Part shown: positions 10,919 to 21,760 of the stretch, piece after piece
Layout: every line of letters starts with the position of its first letter
Position numbering within the stretch: the stretch's first letter is position 1
Assembly: GCA_963663765.2 (NCBI GenBank)
Contig: CAXXUA010000015.1
Span: forward strand, 448,001-512,000
Length of the DNA: 64,000 bases
Direction: 5' to 3'
DNA from: Candidatus Poribacteria bacterium
GTDB lineage: Bacteria; Poribacteria; WGA-4E; WGA-3G
Position numbers and translations under genes: made by a program
Notes under the pieces: model-generated
The model's input: the letters and a program-made list of their open reading frames with translations, nothing else
Database searches by the model: none
What the model was told of the DNA's origin: nothing

Positions 10919-10974
10919 AAACTCTATGATACAATTGAATTTCTAATTATAATTGATACTTCTCCAATATAATC

Positions 10975-11934
10975 CTAATGGCAACGAATACTCTCAGCAA
11001 CTTGCTGCGCGAGTCTATCAGATTCTTCGTTACGTCCGATGGTTTGCACGACATAGATGCGGTTTGAATGAAGACAATGCCATATAATAAAAGTAAGTCG
11101 GACCCGTTTGCGTACTTTATCAAAAGCAAGTACGGGTGAAAATGGTATACTATCGTACATCCGTGTCTGCTGTCCAAGAAAGTATATTCGTCTATCTTCG
11201 TTTTCTTCATTCTGTTTGACATCAAATCCGTATCCACGAATTGCTTTAGCATATCGAGAGCGAAACCAAGTTTCAAGTTGATTTGGTTCTGAATTATAGT
11301 CATTTAATAGTACTTCAGCAGGACCAAAACGTTCGACACTTATTTTTTTAGTTTTACCTCTTGTGAATGCGAACAACAGGTAACCACTGAGCAGTTTCTG
11401 CTTTTCCAACTTGTAGTTGTTCGGAACAGCAAGTCTAAGACCGTATGCACTCCAGAAAGTTTGGTTCTTCTCACCTTGTTCGGATATAGATTGAAAGATG
11501 CGATGGACAGTGGGACGCCAATTCTCTTTGATTCGTCCCATAACTTGTACGATGGTGATCCGTTTTGTAGTAGGATTATGGAAGATAATACCGTTTGCAC
11601 GTATACCGCCTTTCCAACTAAAACCCAAGACGGTGTTTCCCTCTAAGAAATCTTCATCTTTGACATGTTCTACGTTTCTACGAAATGAGACGTTGCCTCC
11701 ACGTTTATAATTCTTACGGACTAATTTGAAATATTCGTCAAGGGTTTTATGAAGGTCAGGTTTCTTTTTTTTTGCTTTTGCCCATTTGAGTTCTAATCTT
11801 GGCATATCAGCATCATCTAACCGTAGATAACCGTTCTTTTCATCTCCACTGATGCCACTGATTTCCCACGTCTTAGGAATTTCTAATTGAATACCTGCCC
11901 AACCAAATTGAGTCCAATCCATATTTCTTTCCAC
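10975..11934 (-). CDS. Hypothetical protein co-oriented with the OPT/FtsX cluster
   Basis: 319-aa ORF with GGAG RBS, 16 bp downstream of the transporter gene; appears to have two similar halves (FGWAGIQLEIP / WSAYGLRLAVP). Confidence 0.7.
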   Translation of the reverse strand: MERNMDWTQFGWAGIQLEIPKTWEISGISGDEKNGYLRLDDADMPRLELKWAKAKKKKPDLHKTLDEYFKLVRKNYKRGGNVSFRRNVEHVKDEDFLEGNTVLGFSWKGGIRANGIIFHNPTTKRITIVQVMGRIKENWRPTVHRIFQSISEQGEKNQTFWSAYGLRLAVPNNYKLEKQKLLSGYLLFAFTRGKTKKISVERFGPAEVLLNDYNSEPNQLETWFRSRYAKAIRGYGFDVKQNEENEDRRIYFLGQQTRMYDSIPFSPVLAFDKVRKRVRLTFIIWHCLHSNRIYVVQTIGRNEESDRLAQQVAESIRCH

Positions 11935-11950
11935 CCATGAATCACTCCAT

Positions 11951-13939
11951 CTAAAACGGTTTTACGATGACAGCTTTTGAGACCAGGGCAATTGCGACGG
12001 TACCCATCCCTATCAAACCTACACCGCAAGCAAAACCCGCCGCCAATACAGGATTGAACATAAACCATCTTTTCAGTCCGAACCGCTTAATCATGTAGAA
12101 TCTACCGATGATAGCACCGAGTAATCTTGCGACCATACTACCAGGATCATCTCCAATTCCCCCGATGATACCGTAAAACCACATTGATGGGAACTTAAAT
12201 ACCCATAGTAATCCGTAAATCGCAAGGCTTGATGTAAATCCAGCCGCGACATAATCACCGCGTATGGCTTGTAACATTTCACTATTCCCATCTCGTAATG
12301 ATGTCTTCATCAGACATTCATTTGTAGCATTAATCGGCCACATCATCTGGACAAATGGATATTGTGCACTTGGAATTGGCGCGATTTTCCAGATAAAGTG
12401 CTGTACTACAATGCCACTCACAATCAATATAGGCATAATGAGCAGCGTAGCAGCAAGGTTTGATGTAAATGTTGTTCCTGTAAGTTCAAGTACGCGCCAA
12501 CCTTGTGTACCTTGTCCGTAATCTTCGTCTGGCATCGGTGCAAACCAGATATCAATTTCTTCATACCGACTCAGTATAAACGTAATTTCATGTAAGTATG
12601 GTATTTCGAATAGGTCTCGTCCGAGTACACCAAATGTCCTTGCTGTAATGTATGAGTTTATCGGGGTATATAAGAATGCAAAACCCAAAAGGAAACTGAG
12701 TGGGAAGTTTGGTACCATCCAATGAATGAGCCATACAAATGCACCCATACCGATAAGCCAGAGTAGGCCCATAAGCCAAAGCGGAAAATCACCTCTGTTA
12801 GGAGGTGTAGCGAGTGAACCACGTTCACCGGCTTTCTTCTGTGTGTTACGAAGTTTGAAAATCATTGGTATAGAAGCTGCCATACCGACGAGACCAAGAC
12901 TAAACGTCTTACCCATACCATAACTACGCCAGAAATCAAGTCCGTTAAACAAACCAGTCGCGCGCACATCAAGTCCTGGATGCCATTGATGTAAAATCTC
13001 ATATTTATAGAGTATATGTGGGTTCAAAACAAATTGCGAAAGCATCGCGGTCACAAACTCAGACATCACGACGGGGAAGGGTAGGACGAATCCGAATAAC
13101 ATCTGTCCGAAATCTGTTCTAAGCGCGAAGACACCCGTAGGTGCAAAACCTTCAATGCTTTGTGTAAAGTCTATCCACGGAATTTTCAGTATCTGTATGG
13201 GTTGACTCATCATCACACCGCTGAGTGCTGGTACGCCGATATATATGAATCCCCATATTAAACCTGCCATTGAACCGATTGAGAAGACCTGCCATCGCCA
13301 TGTTTCTTGTTTACCGGTTGTTTCAGCCAATGCAGTTGCGCCCTGTGCTGTTATCGGTGCCATAGGATATGGCAACCGTTCAAGGTCAGCAGTAAGTCTA
13401 AACAGTATATATTGTCCACTGACAAAACGTAATGTGCCAAGGAATTTTGTTACGAGATAAATTCCAATAGGTAGAAACCAATCAGGATGCAGAAGACTTC
13501 TCTCAGCAATAGCTACAGATTCACCTGAGGGTACAACCCATGCGGGTATTTTATCAGCAATTTCATAGGATATAGCTTGTTGCGTGTTGACAAAATATGC
13601 ATACCAGATAAAACTACGGTATTGCATTCCACTACCGACTGCTGCCCCAGTGAGACTGAGCAACATATAGAGTTCCTGCCGACGTGCGGTTGTGAAGGAT
13701 CGTCTGGCTAATTCAGTGAAAAGGATCACAGCAACCCAAGGTGCAGCAGCAGCCCCAGATTGCCCAGAAACATAGCTTAGATATATGGAACCGGGCATCA
13801 TCAATAATCCAACAAAGAGTGCGCCGAAAAACACTTTGACGGTAAGTCCTGATTCAAAGGTTCTTACGCCACCTTCTATGTCATAGCGTTGTGCCCAAGT
13901 TTGCCATTCATCTGCTTGTGAGATTCTCTCTCGCGCCAA
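11951..13939 (-). CDS. Polytopic membrane transporter, OPT/YSL-like putative peptide transporter
   Basis: About 15 hydrophobic segments; 'ERLPYPMAP' resembles the OPT 'L.FP' motif; AAGGAG RBS with TTG start. Confidence 0.6.
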   Translation of the reverse strand: MARERISQADEWQTWAQRYDIEGGVRTFESGLTVKVFFGALFVGLLMMPGSIYLSYVSGQSGAAAAPWVAVILFTELARRSFTTARRQELYMLLSLTGAAVGSGMQYRSFIWYAYFVNTQQAISYEIADKIPAWVVPSGESVAIAERSLLHPDWFLPIGIYLVTKFLGTLRFVSGQYILFRLTADLERLPYPMAPITAQGATALAETTGKQETWRWQVFSIGSMAGLIWGFIYIGVPALSGVMMSQPIQILKIPWIDFTQSIEGFAPTGVFALRTDFGQMLFGFVLPFPVVMSEFVTAMLSQFVLNPHILYKYEILHQWHPGLDVRATGLFNGLDFWRSYGMGKTFSLGLVGMAASIPMIFKLRNTQKKAGERGSLATPPNRGDFPLWLMGLLWLIGMGAFVWLIHWMVPNFPLSFLLGFAFLYTPINSYITARTFGVLGRDLFEIPYLHEITFILSRYEEIDIWFAPMPDEDYGQGTQGWRVLELTGTTFTSNLAATLLIMPILIVSGIVVQHFIWKIAPIPSAQYPFVQMMWPINATNECLMKTSLRDGNSEMLQAIRGDYVAAGFTSSLAIYGLLWVFKFPSMWFYGIIGGIGDDPGSMVARLLGAIIGRFYMIKRFGLKRWFMFNPVLAAGFACGVGLIGMGTVAIALVSKAVIVKPF

Positions 13940-14005
13940 TTTAAAATTACTCCTTTGTATTGGCTATCGGTTCTCAGCATTTTGTAAGCACGCTGGAAAC
14001 CTTTA

Positions 14006-14257
14006 CAGGACTTACGCACCCAACGGTAGGCGGGGAATGCCTAAAGAAGCATGCGCCTATGGCATGCTCCATGATTCATACCCGGGGAATGCCAAAAGGC
14101 ATTCATACCCGGGGAATGCCTAAATGGCATTCATACCGTTGATTTCTTGATTTCTTGATTTGGTGCTTTGTAAGCGCGCCGGAAACCTAAAATATGCTGA
14201 TAATTACATCATTTTCAACATAATTCTTGATTAAATCAAGAAAACTGTGTAAGTCCT
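14006..14257. mobile_element. MITE-like element (family C, TIR CAGGACTTACGCA)
   Basis: caggacttacgca ... tgtgtaagtcct. Related copies at about 21838-22025 and 34609-34730; isolated ends near 37760, 44060 and 51350. Confidence 0.65.
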
Positions 14258-14262
14258 ATTGA

Positions 14263-14454
14263 TCAATTATCGTCTTTTGGTGTTTTCTTGTCTTTTCCTT
14301 CGCTGAGTTCTTCCCAAAAATGTGCAGAGAAGATTCCTATTGTTAAGATGAGTGCTGCGAACATCTGCCATTGCCAACGTCCCCCTAAGAACAGGATACT
14401 GATAAACCATAAGATTGTACCGATGACAATTATTACGCTTGCTAACCTTTCCAT
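14263..14454 (-). CDS. Small two-TM membrane protein
   Basis: 63 aa, two hydrophobic helices, AAGGA RBS, directly downstream of the giant gene. Confidence 0.6.
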   Translation of the reverse strand: MERLASVIIVIGTILWFISILFLGGRWQWQMFAALILTIGIFSAHFWEELSEGKDKKTPKDDN

Positions 14455-14491
14455 AATTATTTGTTCCTTAATTAGAGAATTTTGGAGAATA

Positions 14492-17400
14492 CTAATCCGC
14501 GGTAGTCAAGACAGGTTCTAATCGTGCGGTTTCTTCAACAGTATCACTGCTTTCATTTCTACCGCGTTCATGGAATTCTGATCGGATATCAACACTGAAT
14601 GTCCGCCATATCAGTAATTGTTTACGCAACAAATTCAGGAAACGCCGATTGACACGTTTCCATGATGCGATCTCACCACTTTCACGGTTTACCTCTAAAG
14701 TGATTTTGAATAGATCTTCCTCTTCTCCACCGACAGGTGAAGTGACAAATTGAATAGATTGACTCACACCTAAATCGTAAGGAGCTAACCATACCATCAT
14801 ACCAATCTGATATGAATCGTCACCAGTAGAACTAAATGCTACATTGTCGGTATAGAAATCGCTTGCAGACTCATCTGCGTGTGCATCAAAGTAGTCACGC
14901 ATAAAGACGTTCAAACCGAGTGCTTCTTCAGCTAAAACGGTAAACGGTAGATTGAAATGCCACACATCCCCCTCAGGTTCAGGTAATTTCCATTTACGTT
15001 CAATATCTGGTACAGCCATACGTGATGCTTTTATTGCAGGATATAACGTGCTGAGGAGCACTACAATCATTACAATCACTGTAGCGATAACAGTAGACAT
15101 AGATGAGTAATTAAGTGTTAAACCTGCAAGTAGTCCGAAATGCACCAATGTTGTCGCGATGACCTGTCCCATCAGATACCCAAGAACTGCCCCTACTATT
15201 GCATACACACACGCTTCGGCAAGGAAGAGGAAGGCGATATGTGTAGGTGCAAGACCGACAGAACTGTAGATTCCTATCTCGCGCACTCGTTCATACACTG
15301 CACCTAACATGGTATTCAAGACAATCAAGGCAGCAATGAGAATTGGCACAAACAGGTTACCCATTCCACTAAAACTTGTCATACCGATACTGCTGTAAAG
15401 ATAGGTGTCTTTGTCGCGTCCCACGAAGAAATCAAGTGCAATACGGTTCATCAAAGGTGCCATGATGAGATCAAGTTTATCAATTGCACCGATAAGTTCT
15501 GGATCATCCTCTCGTGGTTCCATATTAACTGCCACACTTCGTAGCGTTCCGCCTTGGTTCATCACGACTTCATAGGGTAAAATTGCAATGCTATCCGGTG
15601 TGAGGTGTAGGTATTTCTGAAGTTCTCCTTCAAGTGTTTCATCACCTGTACCACCTCGACTACGTTGTTGTTGCATCAATTGGTAGTCAACAGGAGTCAA
15701 TTCTTCTCCGTCATTATCAGTTAAATCTTTGAACCCTATCCCTAAAACACCAACAACAGTGAAGTCTGCTCCATAAACAGAGATTGTAGCTTTGCCCATA
15801 TCATTTTCTGTTAGTTTCAGGAGATCTGCCATCCCTTTCGGTAGAACAATGGCGTAGGGCCATTCAGTTGGCCAATTCTCCGCATCTTCACGGTTAAACC
15901 ATTTGCCGTATTGTAAATAGCGATCAATACCTGTAACAGAAGGTTCAGTCTCACTCATGCCTACCAGCATGTTCGCTGCAAACTTTAGTGCTTCACCGTT
16001 TAATGGATGTGTTGGTGGTGACGAGTCTTGTGTGTTTGCTGTTCGCGTCAGTTGTACGAAGGATTGGTCGCCAGTCCCAGATGACTGATACCAAGCACGC
16101 GGGGCAACAATATTCTGAACTGTAAGTACTGGTTCCTCATCAACGTTTTCAATATATCCACCTTGCTGCAGTTGTGCAATTGCATTCGGTATATCAACTA
16201 ATGGTTGTCCCTGTTTTCCTCTGAGTAAGTTTTTCTGTTCCAGAAGTTGTTCTAAATCAAGCACAGAAATTTGTGTTTTCTGCATGTCGTTAAGAATGGA
16301 ATTCAGGACAGGTTCTTCAAGTGGTCGCCAATACTGGTCTCGGATGAGTAAGCCTGTGTAACTTGGTGTAACTTGTGGCAAACTTGTTCTGTTGGGACGC
16401 ATAAATGTCCGCACAGACGTAAACGAAATGACTGTGAACGTGAGGATAACCAAAGTTGCACACGTAAGGATAGTTCGACCTTTTCGTTTACGCATATTAG
16501 AAATACCGAGACTAAATGCTGCTGCACTTGCACTGAGTCTACCGACATCAGCTTTGTAGACCTTGTTCCCACGTTGACGAATTTTCTCAAGTTGCTCCTC
16601 AAATTTTCTAACAATGATACTAATTACAATTACCGTCAAAGCAAGAACAACGAAAGCAATCAGTATTATAATCGGCGTGGTCGTAATTTGGAATGCTGGG
16701 TGTACCTGGCTTAAGAAATAAAACACAAGTAAGAATATTCCGAACGTCGCTAAAATCTGTCTATTAATGTTTGTGAAACCAAATATGAGACGTTCCATAA
16801 AGTATGCAAATGGCATCAAAAGAGCGAGATAGAACATAATACCATTAACGACATCATTTCCAGTTTTTTTAACGTCAGGATATGCACGGGATTCATAACC
16901 CCATGCTGCACGCGCTAACTTGAGTGCTTGCTGATAGTCATTCTGATATAGCGCAGTTTCTGCTCTTGTAAGATATTCGTCAGCAAACTTGTGTAGTTTA
17001 TCAAGACGGTCGCTTGAGATGCCGAAACGTTTGTATAGTCTGGATCGGTTTTCATCAAGCCACCACATATCGCGCACCACAACATAAGGTGTGAGACGTA
17101 TGCTTCCATTTTCCCGTACAACAAATCCTTCACCCGTATAAAGCGTTGGGTTTTTCATCCCACTCTTTGTTGCTTTAATCAGCAGCAAACGTTTACCTAT
17201 CTGTCCGTACGCCATTCCGATTTTTATTCTACTTTGAGGTTCGCTGTAGACAAGTGCAATTGGTTCAGCGGCAGAAACACCTTCCTGTTGCCACGGTTTA
17301 GAGACACCGTATTTTTCTGGAGGACTATCGGACAGTGCGTCATATACCTCTAATTCACGTAAGGTGCGCAGGTAACGTTGGTCAACTAAGTCATAGATTG

Positions 17401-20400
17401 TCGTGGATACACAAGGGAAGGTTACAACGCGACATCCACGACGGCGTGTGTTAATAGGTACTTTATTCGGTAGGAGTTTTGCTCCGTAATTCCCCAAGTC
17501 TGGTGCATAGACAATGTCACCGGAATCTGGATCGAGAATATAAGCTTCTACTTCCTGTGCTCCACCGAGTCTACGGGTAGCTCTACCCTCCATTGCCAAC
17601 CCAGCAACCTCAAAATTACCTTTATTGTCTCCCATTGCGAATAGGTCACCTCGCACACCCATCATTGTCTTATGTTTTCGTCGGAGCGTTATGATTGGAT
17701 AAGGTACGGGTTTATTTGGTAGTGCAGATTCACGAGCATCAAACTCGACTACATCTCCGAAAAGATTACAATAGAAGTTTCCGACTCTTGCAGCTGTTGG
17801 CATCCGCGGGTCGCGTAATGCTTGTATTAGAATTGATGCCAAAGTCATTGCCTGTTGATGTAAGTTACCATCTTCACGTAGGTCAACGCGGTCAATCGTA
17901 TCCAGTGGGGTGTCTGTGAGTACTCTTGCATCTTCTATAGTAGCAAATGCTATACCCGTTTTACCAACGAGTGTCGCTACCTCACTGTCAAAAGCAATTT
18001 TTCCTGGGATATAGGTCTTCCATGTTTTGCCGCCACTTGCGGATATAGCGTTGACAAAGTTTGAGCCACCCCCAAGTCCGACGATTGAAATCAGTGTATT
18101 GATGTCATCAATTTCATCTTCAGTAAATGTGTCTGGGTCTTCGTGTCGGAGTCTGAGCATGGCATCTAACTTACCACGCATGCGTATACTGTTTTTTCTG
18201 TTTTTCTTCGCGTTACGTACATCGTTTCGGATGAACCGTTCCACCTCTTTTCGGATGTAATCCATATCTTTGAGCATATCTTCAGAGGGTTCGCCACGAC
18301 TTCTCCACTGTTCAAACTGCATCCGCATCAGACGACTCACACCACCTAAACCTGTGAGTTTACCATAGTGTGCACTCAGTAGTGTTTCAAGTGTTTTGCC
18401 TTCAAGGTTGGCTTTATCGGAAATCTGGCTTGAAACCGACCATTGACGCGCCATCACTGCCTGGCGAATTTGGTCGTCAGTCGCGCGCCACAGTTTTCTT
18501 ACTCTGACTCCGAAATCCGCATCTGTTGCATAAGCTGCCAGTTTATTACCAATACTTGCAAATTCACGTCTGAGTACAAACTCAGGTTGTTGGTCATAGA
18601 ACCAACCTTTGTTGAAAACACCGAACTGATTAGATTGAGAGGATAGATCTATGCTACAAAAAAGTGAGGTATAATACCGATTGAATAGGTCCTGAAGGGC
18701 GATTGCTGCTTCAATCTGTGCTAATTTGCGATTGTATTCATCCTCGCTAATACGTGCCATCTTTTGAACCCGACTCTGTATGTTACGGAACCTTGCATTC
18801 CGTAAAGTCAACATGTTGTCACGCAGAAGCACCTTTATCTGTACATCTAAATCTGTTATTAGTGAGGGTAGATTTTCAATGAGATTATCCAAAGCAACTA
18901 AATCTGCATCAGCATTAATTCTTACTGTCTGTAGGATTTGTGTTTCCATGAGATATGCAGAGATTAACTTTCGTTTTTCAATTGCTTGTTTAACCTCGTC
19001 ATTTGTTAAATGACTCTGTAGGATTAATAACTCCTCATCCAGATATTCACGCGTAAGTGATCCGTGGGAGTCAAGAAGGTTTTGGATACGTCTGCTTTCC
19101 AAACGTGCGTTCCGTAGAGCGATCTCAAATATCCCCTGCTTATCACGTGTCAAGTCTTTTATCAAACCGTCTTCACTATCTACCATACCCTCCCCAGCTG
19201 CTGCTTCAGTTAGCCGTTGCCGTATTTGGTCATTGATACTAACAATACGTTCTTGTGATGCAACAGTAAGATACTGTTTTCCAATTTCAGATGGCAAGTC
19301 ATGCACACGATCACTGCTTAACTTTGTTATTGCATCTTTAATCTGCACATCAAGAGATGAACTATCATTTAAGTTCTGTTGAACTTTCTGAAGAAGTGCT
19401 TTCTCACGAGATATAGCTGCCTCTTTAGTCTCTTTAGTATTCGCTATTATCTCTCGCGCATTTCTGGCTTCCCTAAGTGTAGGTAGGTCTAAATGACGGT
19501 CAAGTATCTTATCGGGTGTCCACATAAGAGCAAACTTTCGTTGGTCACTCATTTCCCAGTTGGCAAGGTTATTATTTAACTTTTCAATGTCTGCGAGCAG
19601 TTCAGGAGGGAGATCACTTGGAGTTGGTACTACATAATTTGACCCGTCTTTTTCGGGTAATAGGTAGGATGATTTCGGATGTGTGCCGAATTTATCACCG
19701 ATCCTATCCGCATCAAGTTCTCTAATCAGTCTGTCCACTGCCCATGTGTCTAAACGTGCTATCGGTAGAGCGATGTTATTTATAAGATCTATCTGTGCTT
19801 CTCTGCTTGTTTCTAATGCAGATGCACGTATCTGACCAAGACGTTTGACAATTTGTCTGAGGAAGTGTGTTGTTTGCAATGCTTCTTTTTCAAAACGTAC
19901 AAGGTTTGCATTTAATCTTGATTTTTCTTCCTCTGTAAATCCCTGTTTTTCACGTTTTCTTTTTCTTTCTGCATCTTTTTTCTGTCTTTCTGAATAATCA
20001 CGTTGAGCTCTATGCAGCCAATCAATCTGTGAACGTGTAGAAGCAAGTCCTTCAAGCGTTGTAGAAAGTGATTCTATATCCTCTTTTATGCCGTGCACAC
20101 CAAAATAAAACTCTGTGTCCAAATCAACCAAAATGCTCCGATCAATAGATAGCAAGAGTTTACGTCCTAATTCTTCAAATTCTATTATATCGGTGGATAA
20201 TCCGCGCCGTAATCCTTGTAAGGTAGGTGTACCAGGTGAGTCAGTTGCAGAACCTACGATGTCTTGTCCAATTCCTTCCATGAAAGCACGCATCCCAGCT
20301 AACCCTTGGAAATGCGCGTCTACAGCAACAAATAGCACTGAACGTCCTGGGCGGTATTGTTGATCTGCAAACAGTCGTGCAAGTTCCATCAGCACAGCAA

Positions 20401-21760
20401 TACCACAAGTTGGATCCGCTCCGGGAGCGAGTGCGGGAACAACTGACATGGAATCATAATATGCGGTAAGGACTACCAACTCATCACGTAATACGGGGTC
20501 TCCACCTTCTAAGAATCCGCGGATGTTTTGACCCTCGCGCCGTTCCCATTTCATTTTGCCACGCAATCGGACATTGACAGCCTCTCCAGTGGATAGGAGT
20601 GTTTTCAGTTGTTCAGCATCTTCTTTGGAGACCCAAAAACGTGGTATATTAGCCGGAACGGTGAGAAACTTGTTCTCTGCTTCACCACGAATTGTCGATT
20701 CAGGTTCAATGAATACAACTGCTGCGGCGCCTAACATAGCAGCGTTAATCCATCTCGTACCAGAATTAAACTCCGCAAGAACGACAGCACCCTTTGGAAT
20801 GAAGATGTGAGATTCACTTGCTGCAACAAATTCGCCAGTTTCGTCAATTTGTCCGTCATTGTTGTTGTCAATCCCATCTGTTTCATCACCCGGTCTCTCG
20901 TCAGTCCATCCATCCGCATTGTTGTCAATCCCATCTGTTGCCCACCCATGTATCTCTGATAGCAAAGGGATCTCACCATATTCGTCAACGATGCCATCTT
21001 CATCGTTGTCTATCCCATCGGAAGCCTTTTGTAGATGACCATTAAGAACATCGTCTGTAATGCTTGCTTGTGTCACGCGAAACCGTCTTGCCAGTGATAC
21101 AAGTGTATCTCCCTCTTGCAGTCTATACCAATATCCACCAACGTTACTTCCATTGAAATCAGCAAGTTGTGCATCATCCGCATAAAGCAAAGGACCGGTA
21201 AGACCACCCGTTGGAATGAAGACTGTATTCCCTTCAACAACTGGTGAGGGTAAGTTTTGGTTATGCGGATTCTCTATAATATCAGTTAGGGGAATAGCAT
21301 AGTTTTCGGCTATTATTTTGAGGGTTTCACCTACTTCAACAGTATGCTTTATTCTATCGGTAAGCAGTGAAGTCCGAACAAGGTTGGGCCATAAGGCTTT
21401 AAGAGGAAATGCTTGTATTACTGTACCATCAGAACCAAGGATTTCAATAGCACTATTACCATAGTCTATTGGAACTGTGACAGAGAATTCTCGACTTTCA
21501 ACATTCTTCAAACCCATTTCAACGAAACGGTCGAAAATGTATTTACTGCCATTGGCTGCCTGTGGATATCCAGTAACACGGCTTTCTAAACTGGATAGAC
21601 GTGCAAGGTCTTTACGGATGTTACGAATAGATACATCATCGCGAATCTGGATTGCAGATTCCGACAATCCTAACTTTTTTTCTCCATCTGCAGCATTACT
21701 ATAAGGAATGCTACAACAAAAGACTAATAATAGCGTTATAGAATAATACCAATACCTCAT
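14492..21760 (-). CDS. Giant membrane protein: LysM + Asp-rich repeats + degenerate M28 peptidase-like domain + FtsX/MacB-like permease
   Basis: Probable start MRYWYY at 21760 with GAGG RBS and signal peptide. LysM-like HTVEVGETL and YRLQEGDTLVSLA; three DGIDN..DG..DE repeats; M28-like VLTAYYDS..GAD; FtsX motif VYERVREIGIYSSVG. Confidence 0.75.
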   Translation of the reverse strand: MRYWYYSITLLLVFCCSIPYSNAADGEKKLGLSESAIQIRDDVSIRNIRKDLARLSSLESRVTGYPQAANGSKYIFDRFVEMGLKNVESREFSVTVPIDYGNSAIEILGSDGTVIQAFPLKALWPNLVRTSLLTDRIKHTVEVGETLKIIAENYAIPLTDIIENPHNQNLPSPVVEGNTVFIPTGGLTGPLLYADDAQLADFNGSNVGGYWYRLQEGDTLVSLARRFRVTQASITDDVLNGHLQKASDGIDNDEDGIVDEYGEIPLLSEIHGWATDGIDNNADGWTDERPGDETDGIDNNNDGQIDETGEFVAASESHIFIPKGAVVLAEFNSGTRWINAAMLGAAAVVFIEPESTIRGEAENKFLTVPANIPRFWVSKEDAEQLKTLLSTGEAVNVRLRGKMKWERREGQNIRGFLEGGDPVLRDELVVLTAYYDSMSVVPALAPGADPTCGIAVLMELARLFADQQYRPGRSVLFVAVDAHFQGLAGMRAFMEGIGQDIVGSATDSPGTPTLQGLRRGLSTDIIEFEELGRKLLLSIDRSILVDLDTEFYFGVHGIKEDIESLSTTLEGLASTRSQIDWLHRAQRDYSERQKKDAERKRKREKQGFTEEEKSRLNANLVRFEKEALQTTHFLRQIVKRLGQIRASALETSREAQIDLINNIALPIARLDTWAVDRLIRELDADRIGDKFGTHPKSSYLLPEKDGSNYVVPTPSDLPPELLADIEKLNNNLANWEMSDQRKFALMWTPDKILDRHLDLPTLREARNAREIIANTKETKEAAISREKALLQKVQQNLNDSSSLDVQIKDAITKLSSDRVHDLPSEIGKQYLTVASQERIVSINDQIRQRLTEAAAGEGMVDSEDGLIKDLTRDKQGIFEIALRNARLESRRIQNLLDSHGSLTREYLDEELLILQSHLTNDEVKQAIEKRKLISAYLMETQILQTVRINADADLVALDNLIENLPSLITDLDVQIKVLLRDNMLTLRNARFRNIQSRVQKMARISEDEYNRKLAQIEAAIALQDLFNRYYTSLFCSIDLSSQSNQFGVFNKGWFYDQQPEFVLRREFASIGNKLAAYATDADFGVRVRKLWRATDDQIRQAVMARQWSVSSQISDKANLEGKTLETLLSAHYGKLTGLGGVSRLMRMQFEQWRSRGEPSEDMLKDMDYIRKEVERFIRNDVRNAKKNRKNSIRMRGKLDAMLRLRHEDPDTFTEDEIDDINTLISIVGLGGGSNFVNAISASGGKTWKTYIPGKIAFDSEVATLVGKTGIAFATIEDARVLTDTPLDTIDRVDLREDGNLHQQAMTLASILIQALRDPRMPTAARVGNFYCNLFGDVVEFDARESALPNKPVPYPIITLRRKHKTMMGVRGDLFAMGDNKGNFEVAGLAMEGRATRRLGGAQEVEAYILDPDSGDIVYAPDLGNYGAKLLPNKVPINTRRRGCRVVTFPCVSTTIYDLVDQRYLRTLRELEVYDALSDSPPEKYGVSKPWQQEGVSAAEPIALVYSEPQSRIKIGMAYGQIGKRLLLIKATKSGMKNPTLYTGEGFVVRENGSIRLTPYVVVRDMWWLDENRSRLYKRFGISSDRLDKLHKFADEYLTRAETALYQNDYQQALKLARAAWGYESRAYPDVKKTGNDVVNGIMFYLALLMPFAYFMERLIFGFTNINRQILATFGIFLLVFYFLSQVHPAFQITTTPIIILIAFVVLALTVIVISIIVRKFEEQLEKIRQRGNKVYKADVGRLSASAAAFSLGISNMRKRKGRTILTCATLVILTFTVISFTSVRTFMRPNRTSLPQVTPSYTGLLIRDQYWRPLEEPVLNSILNDMQKTQISVLDLEQLLEQKNLLRGKQGQPLVDIPNAIAQLQQGGYIENVDEEPVLTVQNIVAPRAWYQSSGTGDQSFVQLTRTANTQDSSPPTHPLNGEALKFAANMLVGMSETEPSVTGIDRYLQYGKWFNREDAENWPTEWPYAIVLPKGMADLLKLTENDMGKATISVYGADFTVVGVLGIGFKDLTDNDGEELTPVDYQLMQQQRSRGGTGDETLEGELQKYLHLTPDSIAILPYEVVMNQGGTLRSVAVNMEPREDDPELIGAIDKLDLIMAPLMNRIALDFFVGRDKDTYLYSSIGMTSFSGMGNLFVPILIAALIVLNTMLGAVYERVREIGIYSSVGLAPTHIAFLFLAEACVYAIVGAVLGYLMGQVIATTLVHFGLLAGLTLNYSSMSTVIATVIVMIVVLLSTLYPAIKASRMAVPDIERKWKLPEPEGDVWHFNLPFTVLAEEALGLNVFMRDYFDAHADESASDFYTDNVAFSSTGDDSYQIGMMVWLAPYDLGVSQSIQFVTSPVGGEEEDLFKITLEVNRESGEIASWKRVNRRFLNLLRKQLLIWRTFSVDIRSEFHERGRNESSDTVEETARLEPVLTTAD

